In this document: positions 9,485 to 18,098 of the stretch, in pieces | Layout of the letters: every line of letters starts with the position of its first letter | How positions within the stretch are numbered: the stretch's first letter is position 1 | DNA from: Alphaproteobacteria bacterium | GTDB lineage: Bacteria; Pseudomonadota; Alphaproteobacteria; UBA7887 | Direction of reading: 5' to 3' | NCBI GenBank assembly: GCA_965216755.1 | Contig: CBDCGL010000011.1 | Coordinates: 2,880,001 to 2,944,000, forward strand | DNA length: 64,000 bases | Notes under the pieces: generated by a model | The model's database searches: none | Told to the model about the DNA's origin: nothing | Seen by the model: the letters and a program-made list of their open reading frames with translations, nothing else | Program-made: the position numbers and the translations under genes

Positions 9485-10735
9485 ATGAATATTCAACATG
9501 TCAAATCATTGGCACTGGCCGGCGCCGTGCTGACAAGCGCAGGCGGCGCACTCGCGCTAGAGGTCGATCCGCCCGTACTGCCGGAAATCAATATCGGCGG
9601 GCGCGCGGTCGCGACAGTCAACATGTTCAACAAGGATCAAATTGCCGGTGGCGACGACGACGGCACGGAATTTGAAATTGCCGATTCCAGCTTGCTGCTG
9701 GGCTTTGCCAAGCACCTCTACAACGACGTCGACTTCGGTTTCGCCAATATCGGCATCAAGTTGCCGGAAGACGACAGCGACCTGCGCGACGACATCTTCA
9801 TCCATGAGCTGAATTTGGGGGTGGGAGCGCCATCTTGGGAAGCCAAACTTGGGCGCAGCCGTCTGCCCAACACGCTGATCCAGTTTCCGACCGTTCGCGA
9901 CGACGATCTCCTGGACTACACCCATGTGCTTAACGGGTCGTCCAACGCGGAAGCCGAGGAAGACGTGATCTATGGCGGCTTGCTGGCGGGCCGCTATTTT
10001 TTGACCGACTCGCGCGTGGCGCTGTCAGCTGCTCTGACCGCACGCACCGAAACACGCGCGACAGCATTGTCCGACACAGACCGGCAAGCGCGCTTCAATC
10101 TGAACGGACTGAGCGTTGGCGCCGCCTATGACGTGCCCGAAGACCTGAAATTCGATCGCGGTTTGCGCTTTGCCGGCATCACCGTGGATGCGCAGCGCGT
10201 CGAGAACACCAACGGCATCGGCAAAACCAACATTGCCGCGCTGATCGCGGGCGCGACCTATAATCTGAGTGAAAACCCCGAGCAAAGCTGGGCGGTCGAC
10301 GCGCAGGCGATTTACAGTTTCGGCGACAGCGTGCCGTCTTTGGCCGGGCATCTATTTCGCGCCCGGGCCGAAAGCGTCGCCGTGGTGGGCGCCGTGCGCT
10401 ATGCCAGTCGGCCGTTCCTGCAAACTCGTTGGCAAGCGGCACTGACCGTGGCCTATAAAGACTACACGGATTTCGACGACGCGGGATCGTTCGCGCTGGC
10501 CCCCAGTTTCGCCTGGCGGCTGGGCAGTGGTGTCGAACTGGTCGCCCAATATCGCTATCGCGTCAATGGCGACCGGCTGGCCGCCGATACCGGGCTTGAC
10601 AGCGACCACACGATCTTGATCGGCGGCACCTTTGCGTTTGACTATACTTTGAACGAATCGGTGAGCCAACGCGGTTCCATTTTGAGCTTGGAACACGACA
10701 TGCTCGATATTGGACCGATTGGAGGAGGACATTGA
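9485..10735 (+). CDS. Putative outer-membrane beta-barrel (porin-like) protein
   Basis: Sec signal peptide (SLALAGAVLTSAGGALA); alternating amphipathic aromatic-rich strands; alternative start at 9473. Confidence 0.6.
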   Translation: MNIQHVKSLALAGAVLTSAGGALALEVDPPVLPEINIGGRAVATVNMFNKDQIAGGDDDGTEFEIADSSLLLGFAKHLYNDVDFGFANIGIKLPEDDSDLRDDIFIHELNLGVGAPSWEAKLGRSRLPNTLIQFPTVRDDDLLDYTHVLNGSSNAEAEEDVIYGGLLAGRYFLTDSRVALSAALTARTETRATALSDTDRQARFNLNGLSVGAAYDVPEDLKFDRGLRFAGITVDAQRVENTNGIGKTNIAALIAGATYNLSENPEQSWAVDAQAIYSFGDSVPSLAGHLFRARAESVAVVGAVRYASRPFLQTRWQAALTVAYKDYTDFDDAGSFALAPSFAWRLGSGVELVAQYRYRVNGDRLAADTGLDSDHTILIGGTFAFDYTLNESVSQRGSILSLEHDMLDIGPIGGGH

Positions 10736-11367
10736 TGAACTTGCATTGGATCATGGCCGCGGCCGTGAGTGGCGGTGTTCTGGCGGCCGTGATGCTCGCC
10801 CAGACAAGCCGGGCGGACGACCAAGACATGGATCACGGCGAGCATGGCGGCATGCACGAAATGGCGGACGACGCGGTGACGGCGGTCGGGGTGCTGCATC
10901 ATGTCGACGTGGACGGGCGGATGGTCAATCTGACCCACGAGCCGATCGCCGATATCGGCTGGCCGCAAATGACCATGGACATGGCGGTCTCCGACAAAGT
11001 TGATCTGAACATGCTGGGCGCCGACACGAAAGTTGATTTCACCCTGACCAAAGGACCAGACGGGATCTATATGATCGATACCATGCGGCCCGCCGGCGAT
11101 CACATGATGGACGGTGACGACATGGGTGCCCATCACGGTGACGAAGGTGCCGCCATCACGCCAACGGAATCCTGGGCTTACACGGGGCGTGAAGCGGTTG
11201 CCGCGCGTGATGACGCCCATTGGGAAATGGTTCCCGGCAATGCCGGTGGCCAGGAATGGGTTGCAGCCGGCGTGCTGGATGGCAGCGCGCGGTGTGCCGC
11301 ATTGGCCGACAATCCGGCGGTGATGGTTGACCGCGCCACGCAGCAAATGTGTGCGGCGAACAATTAA
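10735..11367 (+). CDS. CusF-like periplasmic Cu(I)/Ag(I)-binding protein with His/Met-rich linkers and an unknown C-terminal domain
   Basis: Signal peptide; VNLTHEPIADIGWPQMTMDM carries the CusF H...W.xMxM site; GGAGGAGG RBS, TGATG coupling. Confidence 0.85.
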   Translation: MNLHWIMAAAVSGGVLAAVMLAQTSRADDQDMDHGEHGGMHEMADDAVTAVGVLHHVDVDGRMVNLTHEPIADIGWPQMTMDMAVSDKVDLNMLGADTKVDFTLTKGPDGIYMIDTMRPAGDHMMDGDDMGAHHGDEGAAITPTESWAYTGREAVAARDDAHWEMVPGNAGGQEWVAAGVLDGSARCAALADNPAVMVDRATQQMCAANN

Positions 11368-11452
11368 AGATCTGTTGCCTCTTTTGAAGTTCCGACATCA
11401 AATTACGTGATGAGCAAGAGTGCACAACCGGAACCGAAGGGAGAACAGGAAC

Positions 11453-12076
11453 ATGAAAGCAAGCCATCTATTGCGCGGTATTTTGGTCAGCGCCTGGTCC
11501 ATGACCGGTTTCGGGATCGCCTTGGCCCAGGACTCGACCGACAGCGCGCAATCCGGTGCGGGCGACATGCCGATGGCGCACCACGGCGGTGCAGACAGCC
11601 GATCGAAAGCAACCGGCGGGATGCAAATGCAGGGTGGTGGTGGCCACATGATGAGGGGCGACAGTCCGGGCGGCATGATGGCGCATCACCAAGCCATGAT
11701 GGGCAGTGGTGCCCCGACGGTTGTGATCAACATCTATCCCGGCGGCGGCGTGTCCATGCAACAGATGCCGATGGCGGGGCGACACGGTGGCAGCGGCCCC
11801 ATGGGGGGCATGATGGGTCAAATGGGCCATGGCCGCATGATGAGCCACGGCGGAATGATGGAAGAGAGCGCGCAGCACGATCCCGTCACGGTCGATAGCG
11901 TTCGTGAACGGTTGACGGCGCGTCTCGGTGCGATGCCACAACACGGCCATCACGTCGGCGAGATCACCGCGTTGGACGATGATTTGATCAACGCCGAAAT
12001 TGTCGACGATGACGGTGCCGTCGTGCGGCGGATCATTTTTAACCGCCATACCGGCGAATCGATGCGGGTGCGCTGA
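11453..12076 (+). CDS. Periplasmic Met/His/Gly-rich protein with C-terminal PepSY-like domain
   Basis: Signal peptide, long low-complexity M/H/G tract, C-terminal INAEIVDDDGAVVRRIIFNRHTG. Confidence 0.7.
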   Translation: MKASHLLRGILVSAWSMTGFGIALAQDSTDSAQSGAGDMPMAHHGGADSRSKATGGMQMQGGGGHMMRGDSPGGMMAHHQAMMGSGAPTVVINIYPGGGVSMQQMPMAGRHGGSGPMGGMMGQMGHGRMMSHGGMMEESAQHDPVTVDSVRERLTARLGAMPQHGHHVGEITALDDDLINAEIVDDDGAVVRRIIFNRHTGESMRVR

Positions 12077-12098
12077 TTGCCTGGCAGGGTCGTTTGAC

Positions 12099-12359
12099 AT
12101 GGCTGATGGGACGGACCCGGTCTTTTGGCATATGCCCCCAGGTTGGGGATGGGGCATGACGGCGATGCATGGCTTCGGTTGGTTGTTCTTTTTGCTGATC
12201 GTCGTCGTGCTGGTATTGATGGTCGCCCGCGCAGCCGGCGGCCCCAGCCCGCTAGGCGGGACCAAGACCAAGTCGGCGCGAGACATTTTGGACGCGCGTT
12301 ACGCCGCCGGTGAGATCGATCGATCTGAGTATCTCGAGAAAAAGAAAGATCTCACCTGA
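12099..12359 (+). CDS. Small membrane protein with SHOCT domain
   Basis: GWGWGM, one TM helix, ARDILDARYAAGEIDRSEY. Confidence 0.8.
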   Translation: MADGTDPVFWHMPPGWGWGMTAMHGFGWLFFLLIVVVLVLMVARAAGGPSPLGGTKTKSARDILDARYAAGEIDRSEYLEKKKDLT

Positions 12360-12412
12360 AGCAGCCATGCCGCGCCAAGGCCAGTCCGGCGCCGACAGAA
12401 GGGGTGTTTGAT

Positions 12413-13123
12413 ATGTTCAACAAAACCGCCATCGTCCTTGCGCTTACCGCCGTGCCACTATGTGCGGCGGCGATAGCCCATGCACACAGCGTCGAGAAGG
12501 GCAGCGTGCAAGTCATCCATCCGTGGGCCGATCCGGCCACCACCGGCGACAGCCGCGCCTATCCGACGCTGTCCAATGAAGGCATGCAGCCGTTGGTGCT
12601 GACCGGTGCCGAGTCGCCCCTGTTTGACCATATCGATATTATCGTTGGCGGCATGACCGTTGCGCAGCTCACCATTCCAGCTGAAGATGTCGTCAACTTG
12701 GATTCAGCGGACAGTCATTTGCGCCTGGTCGGCGTGCAATCGCCCCTGCAAGAAGGCGGTCATTTTCCCATGACCCTGAATTTTGAAAACCATGAACCGG
12801 TGGCGGTGGATGTGGTGATTGGCGAATTAACAGCTATGCCCACGGCCGTGCCGGCTGATCAAGCAGCGGTCAACCTGACCCACGCGCCCATCGCAGCGAT
12901 CGGCTGGCCGCAAATGACCATGGATTTGCCGCTGCTAAAGTCCGCCGATGCGACTGGGTTGGCCGCCGGTGACAAAGTCTACTTCGAACTGGAAATGGGT
13001 GCGGACGGTTTTTATGCGATTTCGCGCATCGTGCCGTGGGACCAGCGGCCGGCAGCCGACGCCGATGACGCCATCTCTGGAACGGGTGTCGTCAACGGCT
13101 TGACGCCCCAGTCTGGATCCTAG
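12413..13123 (+). CDS. PCuAC-like copper chaperone fused to a CusF-like domain
   Basis: Signal peptide; VIHPWA...AYPTLSN...LQEGGHFPMTLNFE (PCuAC fold); VNLTHAPIAAIGWPQMTMDL (CusF). Confidence 0.8.
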   Translation: MFNKTAIVLALTAVPLCAAAIAHAHSVEKGSVQVIHPWADPATTGDSRAYPTLSNEGMQPLVLTGAESPLFDHIDIIVGGMTVAQLTIPAEDVVNLDSADSHLRLVGVQSPLQEGGHFPMTLNFENHEPVAVDVVIGELTAMPTAVPADQAAVNLTHAPIAAIGWPQMTMDLPLLKSADATGLAAGDKVYFELEMGADGFYAISRIVPWDQRPAADADDAISGTGVVNGLTPQSGS

Positions 13124-14250
13124 GCCGTGGCGGGAACCTGGGCGGTGTCGCTTTGCTTGGTCAGTTGCGCCAGCAAGTAGTCCACATCGTCGGCTTCGAT
13201 CTCGCCGTTATAGCGCGTCAAAATCGCTTCCAGCAGGCAGCGCTCATAGTGGGCACGGTCATACATGCCGAGGTCGATATCGGTGCTGTCCAAATAGTCG
13301 ATCGCGGTTTCGATCGCCGGCAACATGGCGCGTGGCAAGCGCGCCGCCAAGCATAACCCGCGCAGACCGCGCCGGCCGGCATCATGAGCCAGCTTTTGCG
13401 CGTTTTCGACCGGAATGCCGGCACGCTGCGCCGTGCTGACTTCGAAGAAACAAACGTCCGCCATGCACAAAGCACGCAATATGATGGAGGGTGTCAGACG
13501 GTCGTGATCATGAAGTTGCTTCACTAAGCGTTGCACTTCGGCCAATTCCGCATCGAGCGACAGCAAGCCAATCGTCGCCCGTTCGCGTGCCTGCAAGATC
13601 AGGTCGGTGGCCATGTCGCGGCCGATTTCATGGTGCACAACCAAATGGTCGCGCAAATGATCGGCAACCATCACCACAAGCCGTTCGGCGACCGTGACCG
13701 GCAGCGTGGTGCGATGGACCATACGATCCTTGACCTGGTCGTTTTCGCCATATTGGTCGAGCACACGCTGCATGGCGGGCTCGCTGATCTCAGCGCCGTC
13801 ATTGCCGACCAAAGTCGCCACTGCGGTATCGTCGCCGCTGTCGATCAGGACATCGGCCACCGCCGCCGACACTTGCCCGCGCCGGGCGATGGCTGTGCGC
13901 TTGGAGGAGCCTTGGTCCTGAACCAAGGCGATCAAGTCTGCGTCGGTCAGAGCCTGCGAAAATTCCAGCACCGGCAGCGCCACCGCGTCGACATCGCGGG
14001 CCAAAGCGACCGCCACATCATGGGGCATGTCCGCGCTGGTTTTAAGATGTTCGGAGAGGGTGCGGCGGACCCGCTCGGCCGTATCGCGCACCATGACCCG
14101 AAAGATGTCCTCGGCAATACGACGTTCCGAATCGCTGAGCCCGCCGGCGGAAAATGCCGTCGCGAGCTTTTCCGCCGTCGATTCGCGGTTTTGCGGCGAA
14201 TTCTCGTGCAGCAAGCGGTTTACATCATCATGGCTAAGGGGCACTGTCAT
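13120..14250 (-). CDS. DUF2336 family protein
   Basis: VALPVLEFSQALTDADLIALV, AIARRGQVSAAV and LVGNDGAEIS are typical of alphaproteobacterial DUF2336; alternative GTG start at 14259. Confidence 0.8.
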   Translation of the reverse strand: MTVPLSHDDVNRLLHENSPQNRESTAEKLATAFSAGGLSDSERRIAEDIFRVMVRDTAERVRRTLSEHLKTSADMPHDVAVALARDVDAVALPVLEFSQALTDADLIALVQDQGSSKRTAIARRGQVSAAVADVLIDSGDDTAVATLVGNDGAEISEPAMQRVLDQYGENDQVKDRMVHRTTLPVTVAERLVVMVADHLRDHLVVHHEIGRDMATDLILQARERATIGLLSLDAELAEVQRLVKQLHDHDRLTPSIILRALCMADVCFFEVSTAQRAGIPVENAQKLAHDAGRRGLRGLCLAARLPRAMLPAIETAIDYLDSTDIDLGMYDRAHYERCLLEAILTRYNGEIEADDVDYLLAQLTKQSDTAQVPATA

Positions 14251-14344
14251 CTGCGTCACGTCAGTTGATTGGGCCGCCGCCGGCGCATGAGTCAGCGTCC
14301 GGACAAAACATCTTCCGATACCCGATGCACGCTAGGTGGCGGCG

Positions 14345-14360
14345 GTTAACAGCTTGTTAA
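14345..14360 (-). promoter_or_regulatory. CtrA-binding box upstream of the DUF2336 gene
   Basis: Minus strand reads TTAA-CAAGCTG-TTAAC, a perfect TTAA-N7-TTAAC; GANTC site at 14289. Confidence 0.7.
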
Positions 14361-14437
14361 TCTGCAGCCGGCACGAGATGCTTAACCGGCGAAAGCGTGA
14401 CGACGCGCACAAAAGACCATGGAAAGGCGGCCCGCCC

Positions 14438-15268
14438 ATGCAAAACTTTGTTGTTTATCAGTCTCTTTGGGCCATGGAGCGGCGGCGCCCGGACGGCCTG
14501 GAATGGTCGTTGGACGAGAAATTGACGATGATCCGCGATGCTGGGTTCGATGGCGCCGGCGTGCGTTTTGCCGACTACGACTATGCCAAGCAGGTCACCG
14601 ATTTTCTGCGCGCCCACGACATGACCTGGCAAGCGCAATGTTATCCGCAGTCGGTCGACGACCTGAAGCCGATCATTGAACATGTCCAGGAGCTGGGCGC
14701 CGATCACATCAATCTGCAACCCAATGTGCGGCCGTATACGCTCGAAGAATGCATTCCCTATCTCGATGGCTGGCAGCGATTGGCGGCGGATGCGGGGCTT
14801 GCGCTCCATATCGAAACCCATCGCGACCGCATGACCACAGATTTGTATTTCACCCTGCATTTGCTCGACTGTTTTCCGGATCTCAAGCTGACCGGGGATC
14901 TATCCCACTATGTGGTCGGCCGCGAGTTCGCCTGGCCGATCGACGAGACCAACCAGGCCCTGATGCTACGGATCATTGACAATTGCTGGGGCTTTCATGG
15001 CCGCGTGGCCAGCCGTGAACAAGTACAGATCCAGATCGAATTCGCCCAGCATCAGGATTGGGTCGATCTGTTCATGGGCTGGTGGGACTACGGCATCCGT
15101 TCTTGGCGGCGGCGCGCGCCCGACGACGCGACGCTGACCTTCTTATGTGAGCTTGGCCCGCCCGAATATGCCATCACCGGCGCCGACGGCTATGAGCTGT
15201 CGGATCGCTGGCATGAAGCACAAATCCTGAAAGACCGTGTGCGCGCGCTGTGGGCGGCTTCGGGTTAG
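14438..15268 (+). CDS. Xylose-isomerase-like TIM-barrel protein (sugar phosphate isomerase/epimerase family)
   Basis: IETHRDRMT, DLSHYVVGRE, FHGRVA and ELGPP motifs. Confidence 0.75.
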   Translation: MQNFVVYQSLWAMERRRPDGLEWSLDEKLTMIRDAGFDGAGVRFADYDYAKQVTDFLRAHDMTWQAQCYPQSVDDLKPIIEHVQELGADHINLQPNVRPYTLEECIPYLDGWQRLAADAGLALHIETHRDRMTTDLYFTLHLLDCFPDLKLTGDLSHYVVGREFAWPIDETNQALMLRIIDNCWGFHGRVASREQVQIQIEFAQHQDWVDLFMGWWDYGIRSWRRRAPDDATLTFLCELGPPEYAITGADGYELSDRWHEAQILKDRVRALWAASG

Positions 15269-15271
15269 CGA

Positions 15272-15319
15272 GATCAAGCTTCGATCGAACAGAATCGTTT
15301 GAACGAAGATAAGTTGATC
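15272..15319. repeat. Imperfect palindrome centred on GAATC between convergent genes
   Basis: GATCAA..TTCGATCGAAC-AGAATC-GTTTGAACGAA..TTGATC. Confidence 0.4.
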
Positions 15320-15371
15320 GATATCAAAAGGATGGAGCATGACACGCGATCGTAGGCGAGCGTGAAACGCG

Positions 15372-15914
15372 CTAGCAACGCGGATATTTCTTCATGCCCG
15401 GCGGCAGAATTGCGCCACAGCTATAGGCGTCGTGGATAAAGGCCCCCGTCAAACTCGTTTCGGTGAAGTCGAGCCCCTGAATATGGGCGCCGACCAAATT
15501 CACGTCGGTCATGTCAGCACCCGCGATCACGGCGCCAACCAATATAGCGTTGGCCAGGGTCGCGCGGACCAAGCTGGCGGCGGTCAGATCTGCGCCGGTC
15601 AAGTCGGCGCCAAACAAATTGGCACCATCAAGACGCACCCCCGAAAGGTCTGCGCCGACCAAGCGCGCCCCTTGAAGCTTCGCTTTGGACAGGTCGGCAC
15701 CGGCAAGTTTGGCACCGGTCAAATCGGCGTGAGACAGCCGCGCACCGGCTAGATCGCACGCCGTGCAATGCACGGGCTGTTGCGCGGCCAGCGCCCGCGT
15801 CACGCGCTCTGTGTCGGGCGCGTCGGCGCCGGCCGGCGCACCGCCTGAAGCAATGAACAGCAGCACCAGGCCGAACACGGCACGTCGTTGCGAACTTTTG
15901 CGACACGTGTCCAT
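15372..15914 (-). CDS. Secreted pentapeptide-repeat protein (start uncertain)
   Basis: Hydrophobic signal-like stretch, CxxC, then A(D/N)LxG repeats (ADLTG AKLAG ADLSK ...). Confidence 0.8.
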   Translation of the reverse strand: MDTCRKSSQRRAVFGLVLLFIASGGAPAGADAPDTERVTRALAAQQPVHCTACDLAGARLSHADLTGAKLAGADLSKAKLQGARLVGADLSGVRLDGANLFGADLTGADLTAASLVRATLANAILVGAVIAGADMTDVNLVGAHIQGLDFTETSLTGAFIHDAYSCGAILPPGMKKYPRC

Positions 15915-15960
15915 CGCCCAGTATTGTACATGGACCACGAACACCACGCGGGAGGACACG

Positions 15961-17037
15961 ATGAAACGACGTTCCTTCTTGGCCGGCACGGCCGCCGCGA
16001 CCGCCGGAGCGCTCGCCGCACCGGCGATCGCCCAAGGCTTGACCCAATGGAAGATGCTTACCCTGTGGCCACGCGGCTTTCCCGGCCTCGGCACCAGCTC
16101 GGCGCGATTGGCCGCGGCCGTAAACACCATGTCGGACGGTCGCCTGACGATCAAAATCTACAGTGCCGGCGAGCTGGTCCCGGCTTACGAAACTTTCGAC
16201 GCCGTACGCGGAGGCACGGCCGAATGCGCCCATGAGGCGCCCTATATCTGGACCGGCAAACACCCCGCCATGGCCTTTTTCTGTTCGGTACCGGGCGGGC
16301 TCGCGCCGCAAGAACACAATGCCTGGATTTACCATGGCGGCGGCCAAGCCCTATGGGACGAGCTTTATGGCGCCTTTGGTCTGCGATCTTTCCTGGCTGG
16401 CAACAGCAGCGCCAATATGGGTGGCTGGTACCGCAAACCCATCGACAGCGTCGACGACTTTAGGGGCCTCAAAATGCGCATCCCGGGGTTGGGCGCCGAG
16501 GTTTTGACGCGGCTGGGGGCCACCACCGTCAACCTGTCAGGCGGCGAAATCGTGCCGGCGCTGCAAACCGGCACGATCGACGCGGCGGAATGGATCGCGC
16601 CCTATGCCGACCTGGCGTTCGGGTTTCACAAGGTCGCGGACTATTACTATGGACCCGGGGTGCACGAACCGGGCCCCGCCGCCGCGTTCACGGTCAATCT
16701 GGCCGCCTACCAGGCGTTGCCGCCCGACTTGCAGGCGATCTTGCGCCAAGCGGCGGCCGCCGAGGTCGGGCAAATGCATGCCGAGATGCTGGCCGGCAAC
16801 GCCGTGGCCTTGGAAACGCTGATTGCGCGCCATGGGGTCGACGTGCGCCATTTCTCAGACGACATCATTCGCCGTCTGCACCAGGTGTCCGCCGACGTGG
16901 TCGCCGACGTCGCGCAGGAAGATGATCTGGCCCGGCGGATCGGCGCGAATTGGTCCAGTTTCCGCAAAAAAGCCATGGCGTTTGCCCCCTATAGCGGCCA
17001 TGGCTACATCGTCGGACGCGCCTTGGCCACATCGTAA
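15961..17037 (+). CDS. dctP: TRAP transporter substrate-binding protein (TakP/keto-acid-binding subfamily), Tat signal
   Basis: GGAGG RBS; MKRRSFL; GLKMRIPGLG; TIDAAEW; no dctQM nearby. Confidence 0.9.
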   Translation: MKRRSFLAGTAAATAGALAAPAIAQGLTQWKMLTLWPRGFPGLGTSSARLAAAVNTMSDGRLTIKIYSAGELVPAYETFDAVRGGTAECAHEAPYIWTGKHPAMAFFCSVPGGLAPQEHNAWIYHGGGQALWDELYGAFGLRSFLAGNSSANMGGWYRKPIDSVDDFRGLKMRIPGLGAEVLTRLGATTVNLSGGEIVPALQTGTIDAAEWIAPYADLAFGFHKVADYYYGPGVHEPGPAAAFTVNLAAYQALPPDLQAILRQAAAAEVGQMHAEMLAGNAVALETLIARHGVDVRHFSDDIIRRLHQVSADVVADVAQEDDLARRIGANWSSFRKKAMAFAPYSGHGYIVGRALATS

Positions 17038-17059
17038 CCAACAGCATCACGGAGCCTCC

Positions 17060-18073
17060 ATGCCGGTAGACGCGCAATGGCTCGCCCAGGTTGAGGAAAC
17101 CCCGCTGGATCCTGACCTGCCAACCATCGACCCGCACCATCATTTGTGGGACCGGCCGGGCGACCGTTATATGCTCGACGAATTGTTGGGCGACACCAAT
17201 GCCGGCCACAATATCGTCGCGACCGTGTTCGTCGAATGCATGTCGATGTATCGCGCACGCGGACGGCGAGCCCTGCGGCCGATCGGCGAAACGGAATTCG
17301 TCAACGGCATCGCCGCGCAAAGCGCCAGTGGCATCTATGGCGACAGTCGTATTTGCGACGGCATCGTCGGCTTTGCCGATCTGACGCTTGGCGCCGCGGT
17401 CGACGAGGTTCTTGACGCACATTTGACCGCCGCGCCGGCCCGGTTTCGCGGCATTCGCCACGCGGCCGGTTGGGACGCCGATGAGCGAGTGCGCAACTCG
17501 CACACAAAACCGATCGCCGGCCTGTTCAAGACCGACAGCTTTCGCGCCGGTTTCCAACGATTGGCGCGCTATGGGTTGAGCTTCGAGGCCTGGCTCTATC
17601 ACCACCAAATTGGTGATGTGGTCGACTTGGCGACGCGCCACCCGGACACGACGATCATACTCAATCATTTTGGCGGCCCGCTGGGCATTGGCCCCTATGA
17701 AGGCCAGCGTGCGGCGATTGTCGATCGCTGGCGGCACGACATCGAACAACTCGCCGCGTGTCCGAACGTGTTTGCCAAACTGGGCGGACTCAACATGCCG
17801 ATCAACGGCTTCGATTGGCACAAACAATCGCAGCCGCCGACGTCCGACATGCTTGTCATGGCAACGCAGGACTATTATCACCACACCATTGCGTGCTTCG
17901 GTCCGAACCGGTGCATGTTCGAAAGCAATTTTCCGGTCGACAAGCAATCCTGCAGCTATGTCGTGTTGTGGAACGCGTTCAAGAAAATCGCCGCCCGGCA
18001 TTCGGCGGCCGATAAAACGGCGATGTTCCATGACACGGCCGCGCGGGTTTACCGCTTGACCGCCGAAACCTGA
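17060..18073 (+). CDS. Amidohydrolase_2 family protein (lactonase-like)
   Basis: IDPHHHLWD, FRGIRH, LNHFGGP, CMFESNFPVDK. Confidence 0.85.
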   Translation: MPVDAQWLAQVEETPLDPDLPTIDPHHHLWDRPGDRYMLDELLGDTNAGHNIVATVFVECMSMYRARGRRALRPIGETEFVNGIAAQSASGIYGDSRICDGIVGFADLTLGAAVDEVLDAHLTAAPARFRGIRHAAGWDADERVRNSHTKPIAGLFKTDSFRAGFQRLARYGLSFEAWLYHHQIGDVVDLATRHPDTTIILNHFGGPLGIGPYEGQRAAIVDRWRHDIEQLAACPNVFAKLGGLNMPINGFDWHKQSQPPTSDMLVMATQDYYHHTIACFGPNRCMFESNFPVDKQSCSYVVLWNAFKKIAARHSAADKTAMFHDTAARVYRLTAET

Positions 18074-18098
18074 TCGATCGCAAAACGGGGGCACATGG

